Shown: positions 19,500 to 28,480 of the stretch, piece after piece
Layout: each line of letters opens with the position of its first letter
Numbering within the stretch: the first letter of the stretch is position 1
NCBI GenBank assembly: GCA_965649295.1
Contig: CBFGKH010000006.1
Coordinates: 123,639 to 187,638 of the forward strand
Length of the DNA stretch: 64,000 bases
From: a candidate division WOR-3 bacterium
GTDB taxonomy: Bacteria > Hydrothermota > Tepidihabitantia > Tepidihabitantales > Tepidihabitantaceae
Reading direction: 5' to 3'
Translations under genes and position numbers: made by a program
The notes under the pieces: generated by a model
What the model saw: only the letters and a program-made list of their open reading frames with translations
The model's database searches: none
Told to the model about the DNA's origin: nothing

Positions 19500-20060
19500 A
19501 TGCGCCGGCTGCTACCCGTCCTGCTGCTCCTGCTCCTGGCCGGCTGCGACTACCTGGGCACCGGCGAATTTGAGCCAACCGGCACGCCATTCAACCTCAA
19601 TCCGCAGCTCGACGTTGTCGCCATCACCGGCAGCCCGGAAACCGACCCCCGCGGCCCAATGACAATGCGAATGACCCTCGCCTCAAACACCGGTAGCCCG
19701 GCCAGCGACCTACTGCCCGCCGGACTAACCCTCCGCCGGCGCAACACCACTGCCCAGCACATGATACTCCTCAAACCGCATGCCGTCACCGCTCCGGCCA
19801 CCGGCAGCACCGCCAATCGCCTTGGCGCGTTCTGCTGCAACCGCTGGCGCCGACCGCCCGAAATCGAAGACGCCTACGACATCGGCCCGATAACCGACGA
19901 CCCCGGGCTGCGCCAGATTATCGCACTCGTTCGCGACAAAGACATCAGTGACGGCAGCAACATGTGGATGGTGCAACGCGCAGTCTATATGGTCACCGAT
20001 TCAACTGGGCTGAATCAGGCTTACATTGACTCGCTCAATTCCTTGCCACCGGCTCGTTGA
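19500..20060 (+). CDS. Lipoprotein, tandem paralog of 18879-19496
   Basis: Lipobox LLAGC; shared GTPFxLNP, GAFCCN, IGPxTD and VQxAVxxVTD motifs. Confidence 0.7.
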   Translation: MRRLLPVLLLLLLAGCDYLGTGEFEPTGTPFNLNPQLDVVAITGSPETDPRGPMTMRMTLASNTGSPASDLLPAGLTLRRRNTTAQHMILLKPHAVTAPATGSTANRLGAFCCNRWRRPPEIEDAYDIGPITDDPGLRQIIALVRDKDISDGSNMWMVQRAVYMVTDSTGLNQAYIDSLNSLPPAR

Positions 20061-20070
20061 AGCGGATGCG

Positions 20071-22185
20071 CTAGGAGCCGAGTAGGGTCAGGGTGATGGT
20101 GCTGCTCTCGCCTTCGCCAGCCAGTCGGCAGAAATAGACGCCGGTCGCCAGTCGGTTCCCGAACTCGTCAAGTCCGTCCCATCCAACCGAATGCTCGCCA
20201 GCACCAAGGTAACTGTCGAGGAGCGTGCGCACTGCCCTGCCCGACCGGTCAAATATCGTCATCCGCACCCGCTGCCCTAGCTGCAGGCCAAACCGAATGG
20301 TTGCCCCATAACGAACCGGGTTGGGTTGCACCCAAAGACGCTGGCCGACTTGGCTGATTGTTGGGCCGGTCCTTGCCAAGGCCAAGGGTGGAGTTTGGTA
20401 GTGCTCAATCGGGTAGCCGGGCTCGAGGTCACGACCATTGAACCCGGGAAAGTCCGGGGCATAGCGTGTTGCCCGGAAGACACTGCTGCTACTAGTCGGG
20501 TCGTCGCCCTGCACCAGCGGTGCGGCGGCGACCGGATTCTGGTAGCGCCAGACAATCCTGCAGTCGGCGGCGACTTCCCGGAAGTTGCCCTTGCCGCCCT
20601 CGCAGATCAGGGTATTGCCGTTTGGCAGTCGGTGCGCTCCTGAGATGTAGGCCGAGAAAAGACTGGAAGGCGGGTCGGCCCGATAGCTCCAGACCAGTTC
20701 GCGCGGGCCGTGCGGAACGCCCGGCAACGGCCGTGGATAGCGGCCGGTGCTGTCTGCCGGCGGCGTGAACTCATCAACTGTCGAGAAACTGCCGCCCGGC
20801 CGGTTCAGGCCGTTGTTGTACACCATCAGGTTGCCGGCGCCGGGCAGGCCGGGCTCAATCCAACGGACGTCGTGCTGGCCAAAGAAGACCTGGTCCATGG
20901 CGGTGCCGGCGCGATAGGCCTGGGGATTGCCCCAGCGGTAAAGGATGTCGCCGCCCATTCCTTGCCGGCCTCCGGTGTGGCCGCGAGCTTCTTCGGTAGT
21001 GGTGCTGTGGTCAATTATCCAAATCTCGTTCAGGTTGCGAACGCTGAGCGCAATCTGGTCCAGCTCAGGGTTGTAGTCAATCGCATTGATGTGCAGCCAG
21101 TCTGGGTAGTTTGTGCCGAAGTTGATGTCAACCAGTTCGGGGTGGTCGGCGACGACGCCGTAGTTGGCTTTGGTTGAGTCGTAGTCTTGAATGAGGTGGT
21201 CCCAGACGTGCCATTCCCAGACGATGCGGTTGGTGGCGGGGTCAACCTCGATGACGTGGTCGGGCCGGAAGCTGTTGAGTACCAGTCCCGGCCGACGACC
21301 GGCTGCCAGGGCTTCGGCCCTTGTTTTTGACTCGTAGGCCACCATCAGCACGTGGCCGTTGGGCATTGGTTCGACGTCGTGATGCTGACAGTGGAGCGTG
21401 TCGGCACAATTGAACGCCCAGATCAGGTTGCCGTTCCAGTCGTAGCGCTCAACCCGGCCGCCCGGCGCCGAGAACGGGTTGTTGACGCTGGCTGGCCGCA
21501 GCAGGCTGCCGTCGGGCAGAAGATAGGCAGAAAGCCCGGGCGTGTACGCACTCTGCCACGACCGAATTAGTCGGCCGCAGTTGTCAATGAGATAGGTCTT
21601 GGTGGAAAGGATTGGAGCAAAGAGCGTGTAACCCGGCGACGCGCCGCTGTCGTTCTGCAGTAGCCCAACTGTCGTCCGCTCGGCCGAAAGCTCAACTGCA
21701 TAGCTTCCGAGTGAGGAATCAGCGCGAAGGTCGTTCCAAGTCCCGACTCGCCGGCCAACAGCCTCACCGAGATTGACGGCATTGGCGCCACCGGCATTGT
21801 CCGGTTCACCGGCTGTCCAGTCCCGGTAGTTCATCGGCTCGCCGGTAATCCAGGTCCAACCGCTGTCCGGCTCTGGCGAACCAGCCGGCTGATACCCACC
21901 CAGCCATGGTCCAGCCAATCTGCCGTCTGGCCGTTTTCGCCAGAAACGATCGGCGTCGGCCTGTGCGAACAGAAATGAATCCTCGGCCGGCGAGGTCAGC
22001 GTGGCGAGATAGCCGCCGCGGGCCACTGCTGAGTCATTGGCCTGATACCAGTTTATCCCCCTATCAACGTTGATGACGTGATAGTAGTGAATCGTGCCGT
22101 CAGGATGAACCCACGGCTCCGGCTGGGCGAAAACCGTTCCGGCAAGAGAAAGAGCAATAGCAACGAACAGTGACTTTGGTCTCAT
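20071..22185 (-). CDS. Aryl-sulfate sulfotransferase-like protein with N-terminal C-type lectin-like and C-terminal FlgD/T9SS-like domains
   Basis: Signal peptide; GGYLATLTS...WLGG...WTAGEPDN...WND (CTLD); QHHD, WLHINAIDY, GQHD, RLPNGNTLI (ASST); WDGLDEFG...GVYFCRL. Confidence 0.8.
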   Translation of the reverse strand: MRPKSLFVAIALSLAGTVFAQPEPWVHPDGTIHYYHVINVDRGINWYQANDSAVARGGYLATLTSPAEDSFLFAQADADRFWRKRPDGRLAGPWLGGYQPAGSPEPDSGWTWITGEPMNYRDWTAGEPDNAGGANAVNLGEAVGRRVGTWNDLRADSSLGSYAVELSAERTTVGLLQNDSGASPGYTLFAPILSTKTYLIDNCGRLIRSWQSAYTPGLSAYLLPDGSLLRPASVNNPFSAPGGRVERYDWNGNLIWAFNCADTLHCQHHDVEPMPNGHVLMVAYESKTRAEALAAGRRPGLVLNSFRPDHVIEVDPATNRIVWEWHVWDHLIQDYDSTKANYGVVADHPELVDINFGTNYPDWLHINAIDYNPELDQIALSVRNLNEIWIIDHSTTTEEARGHTGGRQGMGGDILYRWGNPQAYRAGTAMDQVFFGQHDVRWIEPGLPGAGNLMVYNNGLNRPGGSFSTVDEFTPPADSTGRYPRPLPGVPHGPRELVWSYRADPPSSLFSAYISGAHRLPNGNTLICEGGKGNFREVAADCRIVWRYQNPVAAAPLVQGDDPTSSSSVFRATRYAPDFPGFNGRDLEPGYPIEHYQTPPLALARTGPTISQVGQRLWVQPNPVRYGATIRFGLQLGQRVRMTIFDRSGRAVRTLLDSYLGAGEHSVGWDGLDEFGNRLATGVYFCRLAGEGESSTITLTLLGS

Positions 22186-22404
22186 GGGCTGCCTCCGTTG
22201 TCAACCTTGAAGCCGGCTGACGATAAAGCTCATGCTATTAGACATGGTTGAGACAGGAATACTGCGGTTGTTAGGGAAAGCACGACCGACGGCCGCGATT
22301 GGGCCGTGTTCCGCGGTAACCAACGCGGAGCCACAGTTCGAGTCTAGGCTCCGGCCAAAGCCGTGTCAATCAACTCTGTGCTGGTGGGGCCGGGCTGCTG
22401 TCGG

Positions 22405-23355
22405 CTAGCTCTCGACGAGTGCGCCCAAGGGCCGCAGAATGCCGAGCCGCGTCAGTAGCAGGATAAGCAGGGTGTAGCCGGTGGCTACGAGGAAGCTGAG
22501 CAGCAGCCGCTGCGGGCGGGTCTCGCGGCCACGGGCAATGGCGGTCGTGGTCGCCTGGGCCAGCAACAGGATGCCAACGAGATTGGTCAGCCAGTACCCC
22601 ACCACCATTGCCGGCAGGAAAAGCCGACGGCTGACGAGACTGACAAGGCTGGCAAAGAACCAGGCCAGTGGCAGGTTGACAACAGCGTCGTTCCACCACG
22701 ATAGCGGCGAGAGGAGCCATCCGACTGTCGCGAGGATGCCACGGCGGGTACGCGGCCCGAGGTAGCGTCCCACCCGCTGACGATAGGCAGCAAATTCCGG
22801 GCCGAACTGCTCGGCAAGAAACCGCTCTTCGCGCAAGGTCTGGGCGTGAAAGGCGCCGGTCCCGATGATGGCAGCGCCAAGCAGCCAGAACGTCGGGTGG
22901 ATAAGAGACGCGGCCCAGAACCAGAGGATGAAGAAGAGGTATATCGGATTGCGGCTGAAGCCATAGATACCGGTCGTGACCAGTCGCGCTGGTCTGGCCA
23001 GACCGATTCGCCAGTTCTCGCCCAGGCTGATTGCGGCAATGACGTTGAGTCCGGCAGCAGCGATGGTCAGCCCAAGTCCGATTGCCGCGAGCGCGTGGGA
23101 ACGAAATAGCCGCGGCCCTAGCCAGCCCGGCGAGCCGGACGCAAAGGGTATCGCGTGCAGGGCAAGGAGCGTACACCAGCCCAGTACAAAGAGAAAAAGC
23201 ACGAGCGTGGCGAGCCGTTGTCCTGGCTGAGCTGACTCGAAGTGCCCTTGCCGGCGACGGCGAACCAGTCGGCCAACAGTCAGGCCGAAAAAGAGGGCCA
23301 GGGCTGCAAGTTCGATGACGCGACCGGCAAGACCAACGGCATCAGCGTGAGTCAT
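22405..23355 (-). CDS. Isoprenylcysteine carboxylmethyltransferase/PEMT family membrane protein with an extra C-terminal membrane domain
   Basis: LVTTGIYGFSRNPIY, EERFLAEQFG; then GWLLSPLSWWND...NLPLA domain. Confidence 0.8.
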   Translation of the reverse strand: MTHADAVGLAGRVIELAALALFFGLTVGRLVRRRRQGHFESAQPGQRLATLVLFLFVLGWCTLLALHAIPFASGSPGWLGPRLFRSHALAAIGLGLTIAAAGLNVIAAISLGENWRIGLARPARLVTTGIYGFSRNPIYLFFILWFWAASLIHPTFWLLGAAIIGTGAFHAQTLREERFLAEQFGPEFAAYRQRVGRYLGPRTRRGILATVGWLLSPLSWWNDAVVNLPLAWFFASLVSLVSRRLFLPAMVVGYWLTNLVGILLLAQATTTAIARGRETRPQRLLLSFLVATGYTLLILLLTRLGILRPLGALVES

Positions 23356-23572
23356 CTACCGGTGCGGCAGGGTCGGCAAGGTATTGGTGCAGTTGGCTAA
23401 ACCCGGCCCGGTTGCGCAGTATGACCAAAGCAATTAGCCCGAGCAGCACCACTGTCACGAGCACGACAAACCAGGTATAGCCGTGACGGTGGCGCGGCCG
23501 GCTTGGGAGCTTGTTCAGGGCGGCAAGAATCTGCTGCGCCCGCCGGTCGTCTTCGGTTGGTGGCTCTTTCAG
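23342..23572 (-). CDS. Small single-pass membrane protein (CTG start, not in the ORF track)
   Basis: 76 codons filling the gap between the cupin and methyltransferase genes: KEPPTEDDRRAQQILAALNKLP...WFVVLVTVVLLGLIALVIL...; GAGGTG RBS; CTGA overlap with the cupin stop. Confidence 0.5.
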   Translation of the reverse strand: MKEPPTEDDRRAQQILAALNKLPSRPRHRHGYTWFVVLVTVVLLGLIALVILRNRAGFSQLHQYLADPAAPVDDSR

Positions 23573-23931
23573 GGCAACACCTCTTCGTCTGCCGGTTGCC
23601 AGGCCGGGTCAACGATACAGGCAAACTCAAGGTCGTTGGCGCCGGTGTTTTCAATCCACTGGACTGCAGCCGGCGGTATGTAGATTGCGACGCCGGCGCT
23701 GACTTGGGCCTGTTCGTCACCGATGTGCATGATGCCGATGCCGCGGATGATGTAATAGACTTCGCTCGTCTTAAGCCGGTGGGGCCGTGAGCAGGACCCG
23801 GGTCGCAGCCGGGCAACTGCCAGTGAGTAGCGAATCGCTGCCTGGTCTCGCGCCGGGTGGAGAAGCTCGCGGAGGAGTGTCCCGTCGCCGGCGACTATCT
23901 CGCGGCAGTCGGCCAGTCGTTTGCAGAGCAT
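23569..23931 (-). CDS. Cupin domain protein
   Basis: HRLKTSEVYYIIRG...G...IYIPP...QWIENTG. Confidence 0.85.
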   Translation of the reverse strand: MLCKRLADCREIVAGDGTLLRELLHPARDQAAIRYSLAVARLRPGSCSRPHRLKTSEVYYIIRGIGIMHIGDEQAQVSAGVAIYIPPAAVQWIENTGANDLEFACIVDPAWQPADEEVLP

Positions 23932-23955
23932 CTGGCCGTGGGGCCCCCGGTCAAC

Positions 23956-25479
23956 CTATTGCAGCGGGCCGACTGCCTGTTCAACAGCGGCGAGCAGTTC
24001 GCCTTGCCGCACCGCCGCAGTGAGACGGTTGATGTCCTCTTGCACCGGTCGGTCCTCAACCATCATCGCCACATGCTTGCGGATGACATCGTAGGCAACC
24101 TGCGTGCCACGGCCCAACCGCAGCGGCTTGCGGAACTCGACTGCCTGGGCGCCGGCCATCAGCTCGATGGCGACGACATACCAGGCGTTGTTCTGAATCT
24201 GGGCCGTCTTCAGGGCGCTAGTGAAGGCCATCGAGACAAAGTCTTCCTGGTCGGCGGCGGCCGGTATCGAACCGGTGGCGGCGGGCGCGGCAAGAATCCG
24301 GTTCTCGCAGCAGAGCATACCTTGGGTGTACTGGGTGAGCATCAGGCCGGAGAACATACCCGCGCCCTTGGTGAGGAACGCAGGCAGGCCGCAGGAGAGG
24401 TTGCGGTTGAGCAGCCGGTTGGTCCGGCGCTCGCTGAGCACGCCAATCATCGTGATGCATGAGCCGACGAGGTCGAGCGGCAGCGCAAGCGGCGTGCCCT
24501 GGAAATTGGCGCCGGTCAGGTAGGCCTTCTCGTCCGGGAAGAAGAGCGGGTTGTCGCCGACGCCGTTCAGTTCGGTCTCAAACATCTGCCGCGCCCAGCT
24601 CAGGGCATCCTTGGCACTGCCGACCACCTGCGGGGTTGAGCGGAGCGAGTAGGCGTCCTGCACCTTCTTGCCCGGCTGCTTGAGCAGCTCGGAGTCGGCG
24701 GTCAGCTTGCGGATGTTGGCAGCGCAGTTTATTGCGCCGGGATAGCCGCGCACCCGGTGAATCCGCTCGTCATAGGCAGCCATGTTCGCATTGAGAACCT
24801 CAAGGGTCAGGGCCGCGGCGATCTCCGAGACTTTGAAGTAGTGGTCGGCATCACAAAGCTGCAGCGCGCCCCAGCCGGCCGTCATGTTCGAGCCGTTGAT
24901 GCAGGCCAGGCCGTCGCGGGCCTCAAACTGTATCGGCTTGATACCGGCCGCTTTGAGTGCCTCGGCGCCGCCCAGCCGCCGGCCCTGATAGTAGGCCTCG
25001 CCTTCGCCGAGCAGAACCAGCGCCATCTGGCTCATCGGTGAGAGGTCGCCGCACGCGCCGACCGAACCCTTGTCATAGACGACCGGCGTCACGCCCTTGT
25101 TGAGCATCTCGACCATTGTCTCGACAACCTTCAGCCGAATGCCGGAGTGGCCAATTGCCAGTACGTTGATGCGCGAGCACATGCCGGCCCGCACCACCTC
25201 TTCGGGCAGCGGCACGCCGCAACCGGCCGAGTGCGAATAGACGATGTAGCGCTGGAACTTCTCGGTCTGCTCCGGGGTGAGGATTGTCTCCGACAGCTCG
25301 CCGATGCCGGTGGTGATACCGTACATCACTGCCCGCGCCTTCACCTTCTCCTCGATGAAGCCCCGACAGTGGTTGATCCGTTCCTTGGCTTCGGGCGCGA
25401 GCTCAACCGGCTCGCGCTGCCGCGCCACCCGCACAACATCCTCAAGCTTCAGGCTCTTGCCATTGAGAATAACTGCCAC
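23956..25479 (-). CDS. hutH: Histidine ammonia-lyase / aromatic amino acid lyase (MIO family)
   Basis: MYGITTGIGEL, GSVGACGDL, QDAYSLR, NPLF, GANFQG, QEDFVSM; start GTG 25479 with RBS GGAGG. Confidence 0.85.
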   Translation of the reverse strand: MAVILNGKSLKLEDVVRVARQREPVELAPEAKERINHCRGFIEEKVKARAVMYGITTGIGELSETILTPEQTEKFQRYIVYSHSAGCGVPLPEEVVRAGMCSRINVLAIGHSGIRLKVVETMVEMLNKGVTPVVYDKGSVGACGDLSPMSQMALVLLGEGEAYYQGRRLGGAEALKAAGIKPIQFEARDGLACINGSNMTAGWGALQLCDADHYFKVSEIAAALTLEVLNANMAAYDERIHRVRGYPGAINCAANIRKLTADSELLKQPGKKVQDAYSLRSTPQVVGSAKDALSWARQMFETELNGVGDNPLFFPDEKAYLTGANFQGTPLALPLDLVGSCITMIGVLSERRTNRLLNRNLSCGLPAFLTKGAGMFSGLMLTQYTQGMLCCENRILAAPAATGSIPAAADQEDFVSMAFTSALKTAQIQNNAWYVVAIELMAGAQAVEFRKPLRLGRGTQVAYDVIRKHVAMMVEDRPVQEDINRLTAAVRQGELLAAVEQAVGPLQ

Positions 25480-25522
25480 GTTATTGCCTCCGTATGAGTC
25501 GGCGCTGCCACGGCGCCGGGTC

Positions 25523-26287
25523 TTATTCGTTCGGACTCGGGCGCCGGTCTTCGGGCCGACGCCGGGGCGGAACCGAGCGCCGGACCGGCGGCCGGGTTCG
25601 CTTCTCCATGTCCGCCACATGGCTGCCCGGCCAGAATACCTTGCGGCATTTCGGACAGCGGCGGAACTCGTAGTGAATCTGATAGACAAAGAACGGCACC
25701 TGGGGCCGCGCCTGCTCGCGGGTGATCTTCTCCAGCGGCGTGTTGCACTCCAGACAGCGGCCAAACTCGGCCGTCGGCTGGATTGGCTCCTCGCGCCGGG
25801 GTCGGACCTCGCGGCGGTGCTCATATCGCCGCTGGTCGCTACGACGGTGCCCGGCTGACTCCGGTTGGGCCGGCAGGGGCAGGGCAGCCAGCGGTGCTAC
25901 TGACGGCAGGGACGGAGCCGGAACGGCGGACGGCTGTTCCTTGACCGGCACCGGCGGCTTGAGACCACTAGCCAGCGCTGCCTTGACCTCGGCAACCTGC
26001 TCTGCCGCTGCCGTGGAGTTGATGAACACAACCCCTGCCAGCTCGCGCAGCCGATTGGCCCGGGTCAGAAGAATCCGGCCCTGCTGCCGGGCTACCCGAT
26101 AGGCAGCCATACCGGCAAGGTTGCGCTCGTAGGCTACATCCATCCCCAAAAGCCGCAGCTCGCGCGCCAGCTTGCCCAGCATCACATCACACAGAAACCC
26201 AACCACGGCCGGGTCTTTGGGTGGCGGTACGCGGCGCGAACGGCGGCGGCTGGGCGACCGCTCCGCGGCCGGAACGTTCTCTGTCAC
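25523..26287 (-). CDS. Mut7-C RNase (PIN-like, DUF82) domain protein
   Basis: FLCDVMLGKLARELRLLG, RILLTR, Zn ribbon RCLECN...RCPKCRKVFWPGSH; Pro-rich insert. Confidence 0.85.
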   Translation of the reverse strand: MTENVPAAERSPSRRRSRRVPPPKDPAVVGFLCDVMLGKLARELRLLGMDVAYERNLAGMAAYRVARQQGRILLTRANRLRELAGVVFINSTAAAEQVAEVKAALASGLKPPVPVKEQPSAVPAPSLPSVAPLAALPLPAQPESAGHRRSDQRRYEHRREVRPRREEPIQPTAEFGRCLECNTPLEKITREQARPQVPFFVYQIHYEFRRCPKCRKVFWPGSHVADMEKRTRPPVRRSVPPRRRPEDRRPSPNE

Positions 26288-26433
26288 TGACCGATACTGT
26301 AGCACAAACCAGTCCGAAATCAAGCGGCGTGGCCGCAACCGGAAAAACCGGCAAGCGACCAGACCGATTCCTGCCGCAACTGGCCGGCGCGCTGGGCCGG
26401 TTCGCTCACCGCCTCGATTGCTTGACCTCTGCC

Positions 26434-26550
26434 GGTTGCGACGCTAGATTATGGCCAAAGACCGTTCCGAGTGACCATGAAAGAGTTGCTCTCCTGGGCT
26501 TCTGCCCAGGAGGGTTGCGACGCTAGATTATGGCCAAAGACCGTTCCGAG
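26434..26550 (+). repeat. 38-bp perfect direct repeat (2 copies) around a 41-nt hairpin-containing spacer
   Basis: GGTTGCGACGCTAGATTATGGCCAAAGACCGTTCCGAG at 26434-26471 and 26513-26550. Confidence 0.9.
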
Positions 26551-26557
26551 AGGCACT

Positions 26558-27043
26558 GTGAATACCAAAGAGCGTCTGGTCCGACTTGCCGCGATTGCGG
26601 TGCTGACCGCCATCTTCCTCGGTGCCTGTGCGCCGGGCAATGCCCGCTGGTCAACCGAAACCGGCCGCCCGGCCAACTTCTGGGCCGGTCTCTGGCACGG
26701 CCTGATAGTCGTTGTCACCTTCATCGTCAGCCTCTTCACCAAGGAAGTGAAGATCTACGAGACGAACAATGTCGGCTGGGCCTACAACCTCGGTTTTCTC
26801 CTCGGCGCAATGGTCTCCTTGGGCGGCGGTGCCCGCTCGGCCTGCCACCGGCGACGGCGCGAACCGGACTGGGAGCGCATTGGCGAAAAGATCGCCGGCG
26901 CGGTTCGGGCTCAGGTCCTGCGCGACGAGTTCAAGCCCAAGGCCAGTCCTGACCAGCGCTCCGGCGCTGACGACTGGGACGAGTTCAGCCGCCGCATTGA
27001 GGACTGCATCCGCACCGAGTTCAAAAAGAAGTGGGATGACTAG
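26558..27043 (+). CDS. Membrane lipoprotein
   Basis: Lipobox LGAC; PANFWAGLWHG...IYETNNVGWAYNLGFLLG motif. Confidence 0.75.
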   Translation: MNTKERLVRLAAIAVLTAIFLGACAPGNARWSTETGRPANFWAGLWHGLIVVVTFIVSLFTKEVKIYETNNVGWAYNLGFLLGAMVSLGGGARSACHRRRREPDWERIGEKIAGAVRAQVLRDEFKPKASPDQRSGADDWDEFSRRIEDCIRTEFKKKWDD

Positions 27044-28286
27044 CATGGCTGGCAGCAAGTTTCGCCGTCGGCGGTCATTCTGCTCCCCGTGGTCAGCCCT
27101 CTGGACTATCGCCGCTGCTTTCGGCCTGCTGTTCGCCCCGGCTCGCGCTGCCCGCTTTCTTGGCGAGCAGTCCTACACCCTGCCCGCCAATGAGACCCGC
27201 ATCGGCGACTTCTACTTTGGCGGCACGATGCTCCGCATCGAGGGCCGCCTTGACGGCTCCTGTCTAGCCGCTGCCCAGTCTATCACCATCGCTGGCCCGG
27301 TCTCCCGCAACCTCTTCCTCGCTGCCCAGACAGTTGACGTCTCCGGTGCTGCCGGCGGCGATGTTGCCTGTCTGGCAGCGACAGTCAACTTCACTGGCCG
27401 CACTCCCGCTGCCTTGCGCGTCGGCGCCGGTTCGGTCTATGTTGACGGCGCTGTTGGCCAGGACCTGCTGGCGGGTTGCGGCAATCTGACAATCGCCAAA
27501 AACTCCGAAATCAAGGGCGACCTTTTGGCAGGCTGTCGGTCACTGGAGATCGCCGGCACAATCCGCGGCGACGTCCGCGCCGTGGCCAGAGAGATCACCA
27601 TCGCCGGCACAATTGACGGCGACGTCGAGGTGACGGTCGCTGACCGGCTGACTCTGGGGCCAGACGCCCGGGTTTACGGCAACCTGCGCTACCGTTCGAG
27701 CAAGAAGCTCGACCTCGGCAACCCCGACCTCGTGTTCGGCAATATCGAACACATCCGGCTCGAATCGCCCCGTGACGTCGATGACATCCGCAGCCTGCGG
27801 CCGCGGCCGAGCATGTTTGTCACCTTCCTGCTGCCGCTCACCCTCTTCTCAATTCTCGGCGCCTTGGTCGTTGGCTTTCTGCTCATCGCCATCTGGCAGC
27901 ACGTCATCGCCCAAGCGCTCGAACGCTCAATAAACCACTGGGTGCGCACGTTCGGCTTTGGCCTCATCGGCTTTCTGATTGGGCCAATGAGCATCATTAT
28001 CGGCCTTGCCCTGATTATCACCATTCCGGCCGCACTGATTGCCGGTGTCGCCTATCTTGTCTTTCTCTATGTCGGCAAGGTACTGGCCGGCATGTTCCTC
28101 GGCAAGCTCCTCTTTCGCATCTTTGGCGCACCCGATGTCTCGCTCTGGGCCGCCGCGCCGCTGGGCATCGTGATTGTCTGGGCCCTCTGCGCCATCCCTT
28201 ACGTCGGCATGGTCATCTGGCTCGCAGCCATCGCCTTGGGCTTCGGTGTCATCGCCGAACTTATCGGCATGTCCCGCCAGCCCTGA
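27036..28286 (+). CDS. Bactofilin-like beta-solenoid protein with a multi-pass C-terminal membrane domain
   Basis: Repeated I-x-G-x-x-x-G-D/N units followed by several TM helices ending IPYVG. Confidence 0.75.
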   Translation: MTSMAGSKFRRRRSFCSPWSALWTIAAAFGLLFAPARAARFLGEQSYTLPANETRIGDFYFGGTMLRIEGRLDGSCLAAAQSITIAGPVSRNLFLAAQTVDVSGAAGGDVACLAATVNFTGRTPAALRVGAGSVYVDGAVGQDLLAGCGNLTIAKNSEIKGDLLAGCRSLEIAGTIRGDVRAVAREITIAGTIDGDVEVTVADRLTLGPDARVYGNLRYRSSKKLDLGNPDLVFGNIEHIRLESPRDVDDIRSLRPRPSMFVTFLLPLTLFSILGALVVGFLLIAIWQHVIAQALERSINHWVRTFGFGLIGFLIGPMSIIIGLALIITIPAALIAGVAYLVFLYVGKVLAGMFLGKLLFRIFGAPDVSLWAAAPLGIVIVWALCAIPYVGMVIWLAAIALGFGVIAELIGMSRQP

Positions 28287-28415
28287 GTCCAAGATTTCTC
28301 TTGCGTTAGCAGCTCCACTCTCCTTGCCCGCACCCTCCTGTCGTCCCAAGATGGTGGTTGCTGCGGTGGTGGTGGCGACGGCGATGGTTCCCACTCTCCT
28401 TGACCGTACGTTCCT

Positions 28416-28448
28416 GTCATTCCGAGACCGCGCAGCGGTCGAGGAATC
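28416..28448. repeat. REP-like palindrome
   Basis: GTCATTCCGAGACCGCGCAGCGGTCGAGGAATC. Confidence 0.55.
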
Positions 28449-28480
28449 GCCGGTCCTAGCCTGAGCAAAGCCAGGCCACG

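Noticed and set aside
26434..26550. CRISPR array
   Set aside because: Only two repeats, a non-palindromic repeat overlapping a promoter, and no cas genes in the window. Kept as a direct repeat only.
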